IMG/VR virus record: IMGVR_UViG_3300023174_000089
Span: 50,874 to 114,873 of that record
DNA: 64,000 bases
Reading direction: 5' to 3' (one strand)
Source: a virus
Below, piece after piece: positions 7,627 to 16,366 of the stretch (the first letter of the stretch is position 1; every line of letters starts with the position of its first letter). The translations under genes were made by a program, and so were the position numbers. The notes beneath the pieces are model-generated. The model was not told where the DNA came from, did no database searches, and saw nothing but the letters and a program-made list of their open reading frames with translations.

Positions 7627-8602
7627 TTTCTAATTTCCCCTGAAACAGTTTTTCTTTAAATTCTATTAATTTACTTAGATATAGAGCTGTGTAATAAGTA
7701 AAAAATACAAGAGCCCAAATTGTGTATACGGCCAAGACTTGTTGTTTTCTATTTGATTTTGGTTTTGGTGGTATATAACTGACCACTCTACAGATAACTG
7801 TACCAATTTTCATAATGATACGACCCATGGTGTTATCTTGTTTCAAAACACCCATCTTATAAGCCATATGTTCAGACCAAGGTGTTCCAATCTTAACAGC
7901 CATTTCAGTTGCAACAATCTTTTGTTCAATTTTACGGCGTGATTCTTTTTTGATCCAGAACATAAAATCTGGACCTTTAGCATTCATCCATGATGTAACG
8001 ATACGAGCCCAACGGATATAACCACGATAAACCCTCTTATCTGTTTTACGTAACATCTGGCCATATGCCTGATCAGCTGCCCATATTGTAGAACTCATTA
8101 GGCCTTTATCATACAAATCAGCACAAACGATCTTAGAACAGTTACATGCACAGTTACAATTAAATGTTGCTGAAGCTGCGGCGCCACAATTGTAGCCTAC
8201 AGTTGCATTACAGTTACAATTATATCCAGAAGAACAGTTACAATTGGCTTGAAGATACGATTGTGTATCACAGTTTGTGCAATTTATACCAGAACAATTT
8301 GTGCACTGAGATTCAAAGGCACCAAAAGGTAAACACTGCTGACATTGAATGTTTCCACAGTTACAGTTACAGTTTGTGCAATTTGTAGGAGGACAATTGG
8401 TATTTGAACAGTTACCATTATCACAGTTTCCGTCCATATTTCTCTGATAGTATGCTTTATCTTTAAAAGCATCCATGTTTGGACTGGCTGGAGGATTCTT
8501 TAAATAACCATTTAAAAACTGCAAAGATGCAGAATATGTTGCACCTAAACCTAGTTCGGTCGTTACATCAGATGTCGATATTTGGCCACTTGGTGTTGTC
8601 AT
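7619..8602 (-). CDS. Cys/Asn-repeat protein: virion-fibre-like N-terminus, 22-Cys core, C-terminal helical domain and TM segment
   Basis: MTTPSGQIS.SD..TELG start; aa 59-155 carry 18 NC, 3 QC and 1 AC; KIVC...GYIRWA domain; hydrophobic C-terminus. Confidence 0.75.
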   Translation of the reverse strand: MTTPSGQISTSDVTTELGLGATYSASLQFLNGYLKNPPASPNMDAFKDKAYYQRNMDGNCDNGNCSNTNCPPTNCTNCNCNCGNIQCQQCLPFGAFESQCTNCSGINCTNCDTQSYLQANCNCSSGYNCNCNATVGYNCGAAASATFNCNCACNCSKIVCADLYDKGLMSSTIWAADQAYGQMLRKTDKRVYRGYIRWARIVTSWMNAKGPDFMFWIKKESRRKIEQKIVATEMAVKIGTPWSEHMAYKMGVLKQDNTMGRIIMKIGTVICRVVSYIPPKPKSNRKQQVLAVYTIWALVFFTYYTALYLSKLIEFKEKLFQGKLENV

Positions 8603-8629
8603 TTTACTGTCCGTTACAATTTATTGTAG

Positions 8630-8637
8630 TATTTATG
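8630..8637 (-). promoter_or_regulatory. T4-type late promoter-like CATAAATA
   Basis: 7/8 match to TATAAATA about 28 nt upstream of the Cys-rich gene. Confidence 0.6.
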
Positions 8638-10078
8638 TTGTTTCCAACCGTGATTTTCCATATACTTCAATACCTTCTACCTGACCTATTTTTTCACTTA
8701 CGACCTTGATGGGTATAACCTTTTTCTTTGGTTCCTCTTTGTGTTCATAGATTGTACCAAAAATATCTTGGCGTTCTAGGGGTAGACCTTCCGCCTTAAT
8801 TAAAGTTGGAATGTAACCACCAGTAATTTTCTCAATGGCCAAGGCAAACAATGGTACATTATCTGAATATGAGTTTGCACAAGATATATCCCAAAACTTT
8901 TCATCTAGGAACATACAAGCACCTTTACATAGGTGTAAAACTGGACAACCGCTACATTCTTTACGATTACTCCAATGTGTAGAACTTTTGATTCGAACAT
9001 TATCAAAATCATCTAGTGTTCCACTATGGTGACTTTCACCATTTTTACCCATTTCTAAAGAACTTACGTTTTGACAGGTCATAACATTACCACGCAGGTC
9101 AACAGCAAGGGTGTGTTCATCATCCATGCCACACTTTTGACCTAAGAATTTAGAATTTGTGTGTGTTAATACTGAACCAATAAACCCATCGATTTTGGCC
9201 AACTGGCCAAAGAATCCTATTTTACCTTGTGTGGTGAATATATCAGCAAATGCTGTTCTACGATATTCAAAGTGTTCTTGTTTTGTTTGTAATGAATTAA
9301 CGATACCATCTTCATCATAAGCGTCAACAATACCACCTTCACCCAATACAACATTTGGATCACCGGTTAGTTTAACAAACCATTCATAAATTTCTTTACG
9401 TGATTTGTTTTTCGAATTCATCATTGGGTTGAAACTAAATGATTTACCCAATCTACTCATCATACGGTGAAATCCAAGAATTCTTTTCTTGGCTTCTGGA
9501 TCATCAAATGGATCTGGCCCACGAACTGATTGTCCTGGTCCATCATGTGATATTGATACGGAGAAATCCATCATCATCAACCAATCAATGATATCATCAG
9601 TTAGAATTGACCCGTTGGTAATGATAGAGAATTGTGGTTTTCTTTTCCAATCAGAAAACTTTTCTGCAATAGTTTCGGCCAAAGGTTTTAATGTTTTCCA
9701 ATATACAAGTGGTTCACCACCCCAAAACTCAACTCTTAAGCCAGACTGTTCATCAAATTCTAGTTTGTTAAATTTTTCCATAAAAGAATCGATATCTTTT
9801 TTGGATGTTTCTGGCATTCTTTCAACAAATTTCTGTGAACAATAATCGCAGGAGTAGTTACAACTCAAACCTAATTGAATTTTAATATGTTTAACTAATC
9901 TAGATTTTTTGAGTGGATTATTCTTGTCGAATGGGACATAAGGTTTTAAACCATGTGGTTGAATATTATTGTATTGTAATATGTTTCCATTTTCATCAGA
10001 CAATATGTTGGTCATATTATCATAATAAAAAATCCTCTTATCGTCTTTTGACTTCTCGGTGTGTATTTCAAATAACAT
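8633..10078 (-). CDS. Radical SAM/SPASM-domain maturase
   Basis: CNYSCDYC, FWGGEPL, ITNGS, SISHDG; SPASM cysteines KCG...GNVMTC...CSGC...LCKGAC...C. Confidence 0.93.
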   Translation of the reverse strand: MLFEIHTEKSKDDKRIFYYDNMTNILSDENGNILQYNNIQPHGLKPYVPFDKNNPLKKSRLVKHIKIQLGLSCNYSCDYCSQKFVERMPETSKKDIDSFMEKFNKLEFDEQSGLRVEFWGGEPLVYWKTLKPLAETIAEKFSDWKRKPQFSIITNGSILTDDIIDWLMMMDFSVSISHDGPGQSVRGPDPFDDPEAKKRILGFHRMMSRLGKSFSFNPMMNSKNKSRKEIYEWFVKLTGDPNVVLGEGGIVDAYDEDGIVNSLQTKQEHFEYRRTAFADIFTTQGKIGFFGQLAKIDGFIGSVLTHTNSKFLGQKCGMDDEHTLAVDLRGNVMTCQNVSSLEMGKNGESHHSGTLDDFDNVRIKSSTHWSNRKECSGCPVLHLCKGACMFLDEKFWDISCANSYSDNVPLFALAIEKITGGYIPTLIKAEGLPLERQDIFGTIYEHKEEPKKKVIPIKVVSEKIGQVEGIEVYGKSRLETT

Positions 10079-10217
10079 TATTTTTCCTGTAGTCCTTTAG
10101 TTGTTCTACTTCTCTTTGTTGTTTTATATATTCTATTAGTTCCTGTCGAACTCTTTCCTTGTTGTGATATTCGTAATATAGCCGCTGTTGTTTTGACATC
10201 ATTCTTTTTTTGCTCAT
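10068..10217 (-). CDS. 49-aa basic hypothetical protein (not in ORF track)
   Basis: MSKKRMMSKQQRLYYEY...; AGGAG RBS; overlaps the rSAM start. Confidence 0.6.
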   Translation of the reverse strand: MSKKRMMSKQQRLYYEYHNKERVRQELIEYIKQQREVEQLKDYRKNNVI

Positions 10218-10334
10218 TAAAACTCCTATCGTTATTATTGTATTTTGGAATTTTAGAAGCAGGTTCTACAGGATTAACTTTGCCATTATCTGACCTCCTG
10301 ATATTAAGTAGATGGGGAATTTGACTATTCACTG

Positions 10335-10610
10335 TTACCATTCTCTAGGCATCTTTGTTTTGTGACCGTGTTTAACAGTATTTTGTGGAACTTTTTCTTT
10401 GATACGACCAATAATCTCACGTTCAAATCTTGCATCAGGTTGACCAATACCTGGTACTGACATACGCATGCCGTCACCAAACATTGGTACATCTGTAATG
10501 TGTCGTTCTAAATGGGGATTATTTTGTTTGAAACCATCCAACTCCGATATCTTCATCGTGTGGGTTTCTATTTCGTTTGTTGTTTTATTTAAAAAATCAT
10601 AGGTTGGCAT
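10335..10610 (-). CDS. FmdB-like conserved T4-like phage protein
   Basis: MPTYDF...E....MKISE....K..NPHL pattern. Confidence 0.65.
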   Translation of the reverse strand: MPTYDFLNKTTNEIETHTMKISELDGFKQNNPHLERHITDVPMFGDGMRMSVPGIGQPDARFEREIIGRIKEKVPQNTVKHGHKTKMPREW

Positions 10611-11212
10611 TAACTATACTCATAGGAAAGTGATTCACGAACATTTTGTGACCACTCTTTCATAAAAGGTGGCACCTCTCTCTTATTTATCTTACCTTTC
10701 CATGACCACATTCTCTGTTTTTCCATGATATAGTAATTGCGATAAGACTTCAATGAATCACCTGGTACCTTACAAGCATCAGGCATGGCAGGTGTAGGAC
10801 CAGTAAAACTTACTGCCTTTGGTATGTTGTTTGGTAGATTCCAAAATAAAGCTTTGACCAAACCATCAGATTCACATTTGTGAACTTTACCATAACGATA
10901 GGTGTATTCTTTACATAACTCATTTAACAATTTGCTTAACCAAATGTAATTTGAATCTGATTGGCGGCACCATACGGCTGATGGATGATTTACATGAGTG
11001 GCTGAATAAAGAATCGTTTCTCTTTCATCAGGTAAAATCCAGCGTTTCACTTTACGACCAGTTTTCGATTCAGCAATGGTTTCTTTGCCGTCAATGATAC
11101 GGTGTGCCGTTGATAATAGTTGGCAATATTCTAGAATCATTTTTACAACGTGCTTATCAACATGATATTGAGCACATTTCACAGGATCATAATCAAGATA
11201 AAAAATATTCAT
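10610..11212 (-). CDS. Pyrimidine-dimer DNA glycosylase/endonuclease V-family protein
   Basis: MNIFYLD...DKHVVKMILE..QLLST, THVNHPSAVW, EYTYRYGKVH, AMPD. Confidence 0.75.
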   Translation of the reverse strand: MNIFYLDYDPVKCAQYHVDKHVVKMILEYCQLLSTAHRIIDGKETIAESKTGRKVKRWILPDERETILYSATHVNHPSAVWCRQSDSNYIWLSKLLNELCKEYTYRYGKVHKCESDGLVKALFWNLPNNIPKAVSFTGPTPAMPDACKVPGDSLKSYRNYYIMEKQRMWSWKGKINKREVPPFMKEWSQNVRESLSYEYS

Positions 11213-11493
11213 AGCATTCTAATTAAGCCGATTGTATCAATAGTAGTAAGTAAAACGTAATTAGCAACCATGCCAAATGATTTACGAGTATAAGCAGCCC
11301 AACCATACATAGCACAACCAAGGATCCAAATAGGGTATAGAATAAGTAGGGGCGGGTTTGGTACTGTAAGAGCCATTGTGATAGAGCATCCAATAGAGAT
11401 TGCCCATGCCAAGAGCTCCACAACAAAGCGGAACTTACCAGATTTCCAATCATCACGAATCCAATCAAATAAATTATAAAATAAATCGTTCAC
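11209..11493 (-). CDS. Small multi-TM membrane protein
   Basis: Three hydrophobic segments; coupled to neighbours. Confidence 0.65.
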   Translation of the reverse strand: MNDLFYNLFDWIRDDWKSGKFRFVVELLAWAISIGCSITMALTVPNPPLLILYPIWILGCAMYGWAAYTRKSFGMVANYVLLTTIDTIGLIRML

Positions 11494-11760
11494 TTAACAC
11501 TCATCAGACCTGATTATACTCTTTCTGCCAGAAAAAATAGAATCCAAATCATCTAAATCATCATCTTCAACAATTTTTTGATCAGGCTTTACAACTTCTA
11601 AGTAACCGTCTAAATGAAAACCACAACCACGCAGAAAGGTTTCAAACTCACCAACCACACCATCTAGTGTATCAGCATTGAATTCAAATGTTCTTTTAGT
11701 AACGATTGTGTCACCAAATGGTGATGGTTCATCTTCACAGACAAATGTAAATTTACTCAT
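11494..11760 (-). CDS. Hypothetical protein
   Basis: FETFLRGCGF phage motif; operon packing. Confidence 0.65.
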   Translation of the reverse strand: MSKFTFVCEDEPSPFGDTIVTKRTFEFNADTLDGVVGEFETFLRGCGFHLDGYLEVVKPDQKIVEDDDLDDLDSIFSGRKSIIRSDEC

Positions 11761-12014
11761 AGTTTTGGAATTTCCAATTCAGCAGGTTTCTTTTTTGGTG
11801 GAAAACGTTTTGCAATATCTTCGGCTGATACAGTTTGCATTGCAAATTGTTTGAATTGGTCATATGAATCTTTTACTTTCATAATACTACCATGTGTCAT
11901 AAACAATGCACAACCACCATCAACTAGAGGAGCAATTTCACCAACCCTATCTAAATTGATAATAATTTTACACGATTTTTCTACTGATTCAACTTCAACA
12001 AATAATGCCATCAC
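11757..12014 (-). CDS. Hypothetical protein
   Basis: AGGAG RBS; operon packing. Confidence 0.6.
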   Translation of the reverse strand: MMALFVEVESVEKSCKIIINLDRVGEIAPLVDGGCALFMTHGSIMKVKDSYDQFKQFAMQTVSAEDIAKRFPPKKKPAELEIPKL

Positions 12015-12181
12015 TCATCTCCTTTATCAGACTTCATAGTTAACTTGGCCATCTTGGCACGTTTTTCGGATACTTCTGCTTCAATCATCATATTCTTCCA
12101 ATGTCCACGTTTATCTGCCGGCATAAGTGCCAATATTCTTTTGGACGATTTACTTAATTTAAAATCTTTGTTGGTTTTCAT
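12011..12181 (-). CDS. 56-aa basic hypothetical protein (not in ORF track)
   Basis: MKTNKDFKLSKSSKRILA...; fills the gap with ATGA overlaps. Confidence 0.6.
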   Translation of the reverse strand: MKTNKDFKLSKSSKRILALMPADKRGHWKNMMIEAEVSEKRAKMAKLTMKSDKGDE

Positions 12182-12444
12182 TTACCTGCCTTTTGAACTA
12201 ATTCAACTTTATCACAATCTTTTACACGAACTAACAGCGTATCAGTTTGATTCAATGGTCGAACAAAAAAACATTCGCCTTTAACTGACCAAACCAATTT
12301 ATTCTGTATGCCGCCATCAAAATTACCGTTGACTGGCAAATTCATAAAATATGGTGTGTAGTAAAATGTTAAACCAAACACAACAACAGCTACAAAAAAT
12401 AAAGTTTTATTTAATTGTAACCATTCATTAATTTTTTTAAACAT
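12178..12444 (-). CDS. Membrane-anchored hypothetical protein
   Basis: N-terminal TM segment, two Cys. Confidence 0.6.
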   Translation of the reverse strand: MFKKINEWLQLNKTLFFVAVVVFGLTFYYTPYFMNLPVNGNFDGGIQNKLVWSVKGECFFVRPLNQTDTLLVRVKDCDKVELVQKAGK

Positions 12445-12736
12445 GAATCAATCCTTGAGTATATAATACTAACATTATACTAGCAAATACTGCCAATGTC
12501 AATAGAATTAAGGTAAACTTCTGTGATTCTTCTTGGTAATATTCCATTTCTCTTTGAATCATTTCGTGTTGAGCTAGAACCATATTAGGCACATCTGGTT
12601 CCATCATATTGATTGTTTTTTGTGATGATTCGAAACGCTTCAATGCCTGCCAATAACGATAATATGATATCATATCAATCCCAAAGGTTTTCGTAATACT
12701 TTCCAAATAGTCTAAATGCGTTACGCTTTCTTTCAT
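12437..12736 (-). CDS. Hypothetical membrane protein (true start probably MISYY)
   Basis: C-terminal TM segment; operon packing. Confidence 0.55.
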   Translation of the reverse strand: MKESVTHLDYLESITKTFGIDMISYYRYWQALKRFESSQKTINMMEPDVPNMVLAQHEMIQREMEYYQEESQKFTLILLTLAVFASIMLVLYTQGLIHV

Positions 12737-13304
12737 TGTGTGCGTTGAGGCCGTCCCAATCTACTTTTGGTCCAACATAATCTTCATGCCATGGCAACTT
12801 GCCTTTACTTTCAGAGTGGTCAAAGAACTTACTTTCTGCATCATCAATTACTTTCTGTTCAAATGCCCAAATCATTTCATCTAACACATATTGCCAGCGT
12901 TGGTGAATCATGTCATCTTCACTTGATTCTAAAGCTTGAATAGAAGGATCAACCATCTTTTTACTTTTCTTTTTGCCACTACGCATTTCAGCCGGCACAT
13001 CTTCTTCATCAACAAAAGGTGAACCATGAGATTCTGCTTTGAGTTGCTTCAGCATTGGTAGAATGATATAAGCCAAAGTGTGATCCATCGACCATGTATC
13101 CCAACGGTCAATCTTTACATAATCAATTTTTGGATGAATGAAATCAAGCACCTTTTGAATTGCGGTACAAATAGGCGAAAGCACCTTATTGCATTTCTCA
13201 ATGAAAGGCTCTTCATAATCAATCTCACGCCAAAAGATAACCTTCTCCATAATTCTGTATGGAGAGAACCAATGGCTACGGTAACAACTCAAATAAACTT
13301 TCAT
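12675..13304 (-). CDS. Conserved phage hypothetical protein
   Basis: DRWDTWSMDHTLA.II.PMLKQLK...HG.P, W..VLDEMIWAF, LFGKYY..LWD. Confidence 0.75.
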   Translation of the reverse strand: MKVYLSCYRSHWFSPYRIMEKVIFWREIDYEEPFIEKCNKVLSPICTAIQKVLDFIHPKIDYVKIDRWDTWSMDHTLAYIILPMLKQLKAESHGSPFVDEEDVPAEMRSGKKKSKKMVDPSIQALESSEDDMIHQRWQYVLDEMIWAFEQKVIDDAESKFFDHSESKGKLPWHEDYVGPKVDWDGLNAHNERKRNAFRLFGKYYENLWD

Positions 13305-13305
13305 T

Positions 13306-14142
13306 TTATACTTTCAATAGGTCACTCAATTTATAAGTTGATTTTAAATAAGACGATGGATTATCTAACACACTATATTCTAAATCACCTTCACGCCTTT
13401 GGCAATAGTTAATTTGAAAATTACATTCATTTACCAATCTAAATGTGGTAGCCATTTGTAATACCGAATGACCTTTACCATGACCTAGATTCTCTAACTT
13501 ATTTGCCGGTGTTTCGATTGCCATTCGAATGGATTCACATATCTCATTCACATGAACATAATCACGAATGGGTGTACCATCTTCTGTATTATAATCACCG
13601 CCATACAAATTAAATACACCAGTTTCTTTGGCCTTTATCAGATTGGCCATTAAACCATCCGGATTGGTTGGTGCAATCCCATCAGACCCAATCACATTAT
13701 AAAATCTGAAAGAGGTGAAAGTTTTTGAATTTTCAATGCAATATCTTTCGACCACATTTTCAGCACATCTTTTACTCAAAGCGTATGGGTTGATGGGATT
13801 AGCGGCTGTGCCTGTCGATGCAAACACAAAATTCTTAAAAAATACTTCTTGTAATACATTTACAGTACCATTGATATTGGTATTGTAATATGATATTGGT
13901 TTTTTTACTGATTCATTTACTTTAACGAGAGCTGCAAGATGAACAACAGTATCAAATACTGTGGTCGGCCATTTTACAAAGTTCTCAGCAATATCTAATT
14001 TGATAAAATGATTTGGTACCAAGTAATCATTAAATCTGGTGTTTTTATCAAGACCAAAAACCTCGTAATCATCCTTTTTGAGGAGTTTTACGAGGTGTTG
14101 GCCGATATAACCAGAACTGCCGGTTATTAATACTTTTTTCAT
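13306..14142 (-). CDS. NAD-dependent epimerase (GalE-like)
   Basis: TGSSGYIG, VVHLAA, YALSK, RFYNV.G, DGTPIRDYVHV. Confidence 0.88.
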   Translation of the reverse strand: MKKVLITGSSGYIGQHLVKLLKKDDYEVFGLDKNTRFNDYLVPNHFIKLDIAENFVKWPTTVFDTVVHLAALVKVNESVKKPISYYNTNINGTVNVLQEVFFKNFVFASTGTAANPINPYALSKRCAENVVERYCIENSKTFTSFRFYNVIGSDGIAPTNPDGLMANLIKAKETGVFNLYGGDYNTEDGTPIRDYVHVNEICESIRMAIETPANKLENLGHGKGHSVLQMATTFRLVNECNFQINYCQRREGDLEYSVLDNPSSYLKSTYKLSDLLKV

Positions 14143-14582
14143 TAAACTTGTTCTGCTTTATGTGCTTCTAAAGTTTTACGGAACTTATTGGCATGACTAC
14201 GCTCTGCTTTGGCCAATGTTTCGAACCAATCAGCAATCTCATCAAAGCCTTCATCACGAGCGGTCTTTGCCATACCAGGATACATATCGCTGTATTCATG
14301 GGTTTCACCGTGAATAGCGGACTCTAATGCTTCTGCTACAGTTGCAGCCGATAGACCAGTGCCTGGATCTCCAGCACCACCACTCAACAAATACTCCATG
14401 TGACCATGAGCATGGCCTGTTTCACCTTCTGCTGTAGAACGGAATACTGCCGCTACATCTGGTGCACCTGCTACGTCAGCCATGTTTGCGAAATACAAAT
14501 AACGGCGATTTGCCTGTGATTCACCTGCAAATGCCTCTTTCAATGCTGCTTCGGTACGAGTACCTTTTACTGATTTTGCCAT
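14142..14582 (-). CDS. rbr: Rubrerythrin (di-iron, no fused rubredoxin domain)
   Basis: [34 protein letters not shown]. Confidence 0.93.
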   Translation of the reverse strand: MAKSVKGTRTEAALKEAFAGESQANRRYLYFANMADVAGAPDVAAVFRSTAEGETGHAHGHMEYLLSGGAGDPGTGLSAATVAEALESAIHGETHEYSDMYPGMAKTARDEGFDEIADWFETLAKAERSHANKFRKTLEAHKAEQV

Positions 14583-14583
14583 A

Positions 14584-14730
14584 CTACTTCTCCTTTACTA
14601 TTGAATAATATTCTTCTTTAAAACAACCACACTCAGGACAAATGAAAGTATCTGGCAAATCCTCAAATTTACCTTCTGCCTCATCATCATGGACATGGCC
14701 ACACACGGTACAAATATACTGCAATTCCAT
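14584..14730 (-). CDS. Rubredoxin, 48 aa (not in ORF track)
   Basis: MELQYICTVCGHVHDDEAEGKFEDLPDTFICPECGCFKEEY; CxxCG...CPxCG; AGGAG RBS. Confidence 0.9.
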   Translation of the reverse strand: MELQYICTVCGHVHDDEAEGKFEDLPDTFICPECGCFKEEYYSIVKEK

Positions 14731-14773
14731 AACATCTCCTTTAATAGTTAAAAACTAACAATATTACTTATAC

Positions 14774-14841
14774 ATAGTTTATCACTATTAGATGGTTTTG
14801 TCTAATGATATTTTTTAATTCTGATTATCGATTTTTTCAAT
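14774..14841 (-). promoter_or_regulatory. OxyR-type box abutting a sigma70 promoter of the rubredoxin/rubrerythrin operon
   Basis: ATTG-N7-CGAT-N7-ATTA-N7-TCAT (14841-14805), then TAGACA-17-TAAACT; perfect ATAG-N7-CTAT at 14774-14788. Confidence 0.65.
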
Positions 14842-15165
14842 CTTAATCATCTTACCATCCATGAACAAGGCCTTATATTCAATCCAGTTATCGGCCTTCC
14901 AACCGCCATTCTCTTTATCTTCACGGTAGAATCGAATGAGGCCATCAAAGTCTTCCTCAAACTTCCAATAGAAGTCTTTCCGTTCTATACGGATTTTAAG
15001 CCAACTATCTGGTTCATCATGTAATTCCATGGTGTAACATTCACGCCATAATGTACCATCTTCACGAATCTCATAATCATCCAATGCCTGTTGTTTGGTG
15101 TCTTTGGTCTGATACTTATGGCCTTCGTAGGTGATATAATCAAACATTCCCATAATTACTCCCAA
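14815..15165 (-). CDS. Hypothetical protein
   Basis: MGMFDYI...YQTKD...W.EY.A.F.DG phage family pattern. Confidence 0.65.
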   Translation of the reverse strand: MGVIMGMFDYITYEGHKYQTKDTKQQALDDYEIREDGTLWRECYTMELHDEPDSWLKIRIERKDFYWKFEEDFDGLIRFYREDKENGGWKADNWIEYKALFMDGKMIKIEKIDNQN

Positions 15166-15509
15166 ATTCTATGTTTTTCGGCAACCCATTCATAACCATC
15201 ATACTCATCAATCTGCCATTTTACATCATCCGGAATTTCTACAATCTTTAACGATGCAGCAAATCCATTGGCTTCGTCACCAAACTCCTCAATTACAGAA
15301 ATTAAATTCTCATCATTTCGTGGTGAGTAATGTTCATATTGAGAAATGAAATAGTCATCATTACCAACATGGCCTTTAACAAAATAATTTGTGTGACCAA
15401 AATCAGTTTCAGCACTTTCAAATTCAATACCTTTCAACTGCAAAAGCTTTTCAAAAGCTTTATCAGAAAGGCCAAAACCACCATGTTGTTTGTTAATTGC
15501 AACTTTCAT
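15156..15509 (-). CDS. Hypothetical protein
   Basis: INK..GGFGLS, LKIVEIPDDV.W.I.EYDG.E.V.E.HR.W phage motif. Confidence 0.7.
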   Translation of the reverse strand: MKVAINKQHGGFGLSDKAFEKLLQLKGIEFESAETDFGHTNYFVKGHVGNDDYFISQYEHYSPRNDENLISVIEEFGDEANGFAASLKIVEIPDDVKWQIDEYDGYEWVAEKHRIWE

Positions 15510-16366
15510 TATACCTCCAAATATTTTAATTGAAAATTATCAGCACGAGCTTCATAATTAATGTAACCACGAGGATTACAAACCACTCTGGTGGTGCCAA
15601 TCAGATAATCAAAATCTTCATGTGTGTGACCATGAGTCCATAATTTGATTTGTGGTCGATCCAAAATGAATTCATTCAAATCAGAACTATAACCACCATT
15701 CATCAAGGCCTCATCTCTATATCTTGGATGGGTTGATAAACGGCTTGGTGCATGATGGCCAACCACCACAAACTTATGGTCATGTTTGCCTTCTACTACC
15801 ATTGAGATGTAGTCAACCATCGCACGGTGTTCTTTCACCGCATCTTCAGGTGAAAATCTGCTATCACGATATTTTCTCTCACGCTGACCATCATTCTCAA
15901 CCCAATATCCCACCTGGTTGGCACTATTCTTCACGCAACGAAAATCATTCATGGCTCTACCAATGTGCCATAGTGTCAATGGATCTTCCTTATTCATATC
16001 GGTCCACAAGGTACCACCAATGAATGTGACCTCATCAAATAAAGTCCATGCTTCTGTGTCTAGAATTTGTAGATTTGGCAGATGCTTTAATCTCTTTTTT
16101 AAATCTTTTACTGTGTGTGCAAAATCATAATGATAATGCTCATGATTACCCACGATATACACAACATGAGGAAATTTATTGCAGCAATCATAAAAGAAAT
16201 CGTGAAGGTTCTTTGACTTTTCGGTAGCCATAGGATCATCATGGTCAAGCAAATCATGAGCAACGCAGATATCACCAGAAAGGAGCAATACATCAGCAAC
16301 TTCCGTATTTTCTAATACGATAGGTCCAAACTCTAAGTGAAGGTCTGATGCTAATGCCAATTTCAT
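15509..16366 (-). CDS. Calcineurin-like metallophosphoesterase
   Basis: SDLHLE, GDI, GNHE, HHAP, HGHTH. Confidence 0.9.
   Translation of the reverse strand: MKLALASDLHLEFGPIVLENTEVADVLLLSGDICVAHDLLDHDDPMATEKSKNLHDFFYDCCNKFPHVVYIVGNHEHYHYDFAHTVKDLKKRLKHLPNLQILDTEAWTLFDEVTFIGGTLWTDMNKEDPLTLWHIGRAMNDFRCVKNSANQVGYWVENDGQRERKYRDSRFSPEDAVKEHRAMVDYISMVVEGKHDHKFVVVGHHAPSRLSTHPRYRDEALMNGGYSSDLNEFILDRPQIKLWTHGHTHEDFDYLIGTTRVVCNPRGYINYEARADNFQLKYLEV

Noticed and set aside
8633-10078. rSAM as an anaerobic sulfatase maturase or cofactor-synthesis enzyme
   Set aside because: No sulfatase or pqq/mft/heme genes in the window; the adjacent Cys-rich ORF is the more parsimonious substrate, though unproven.
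10078-10341. Listed 87-aa ORF, and a MAKLIL* mini-ORF behind AGGAGG
   Set aside because: The alternative frame 10068-10217 has the better RBS; the 6-codon ORF cannot be supported without conservation data.
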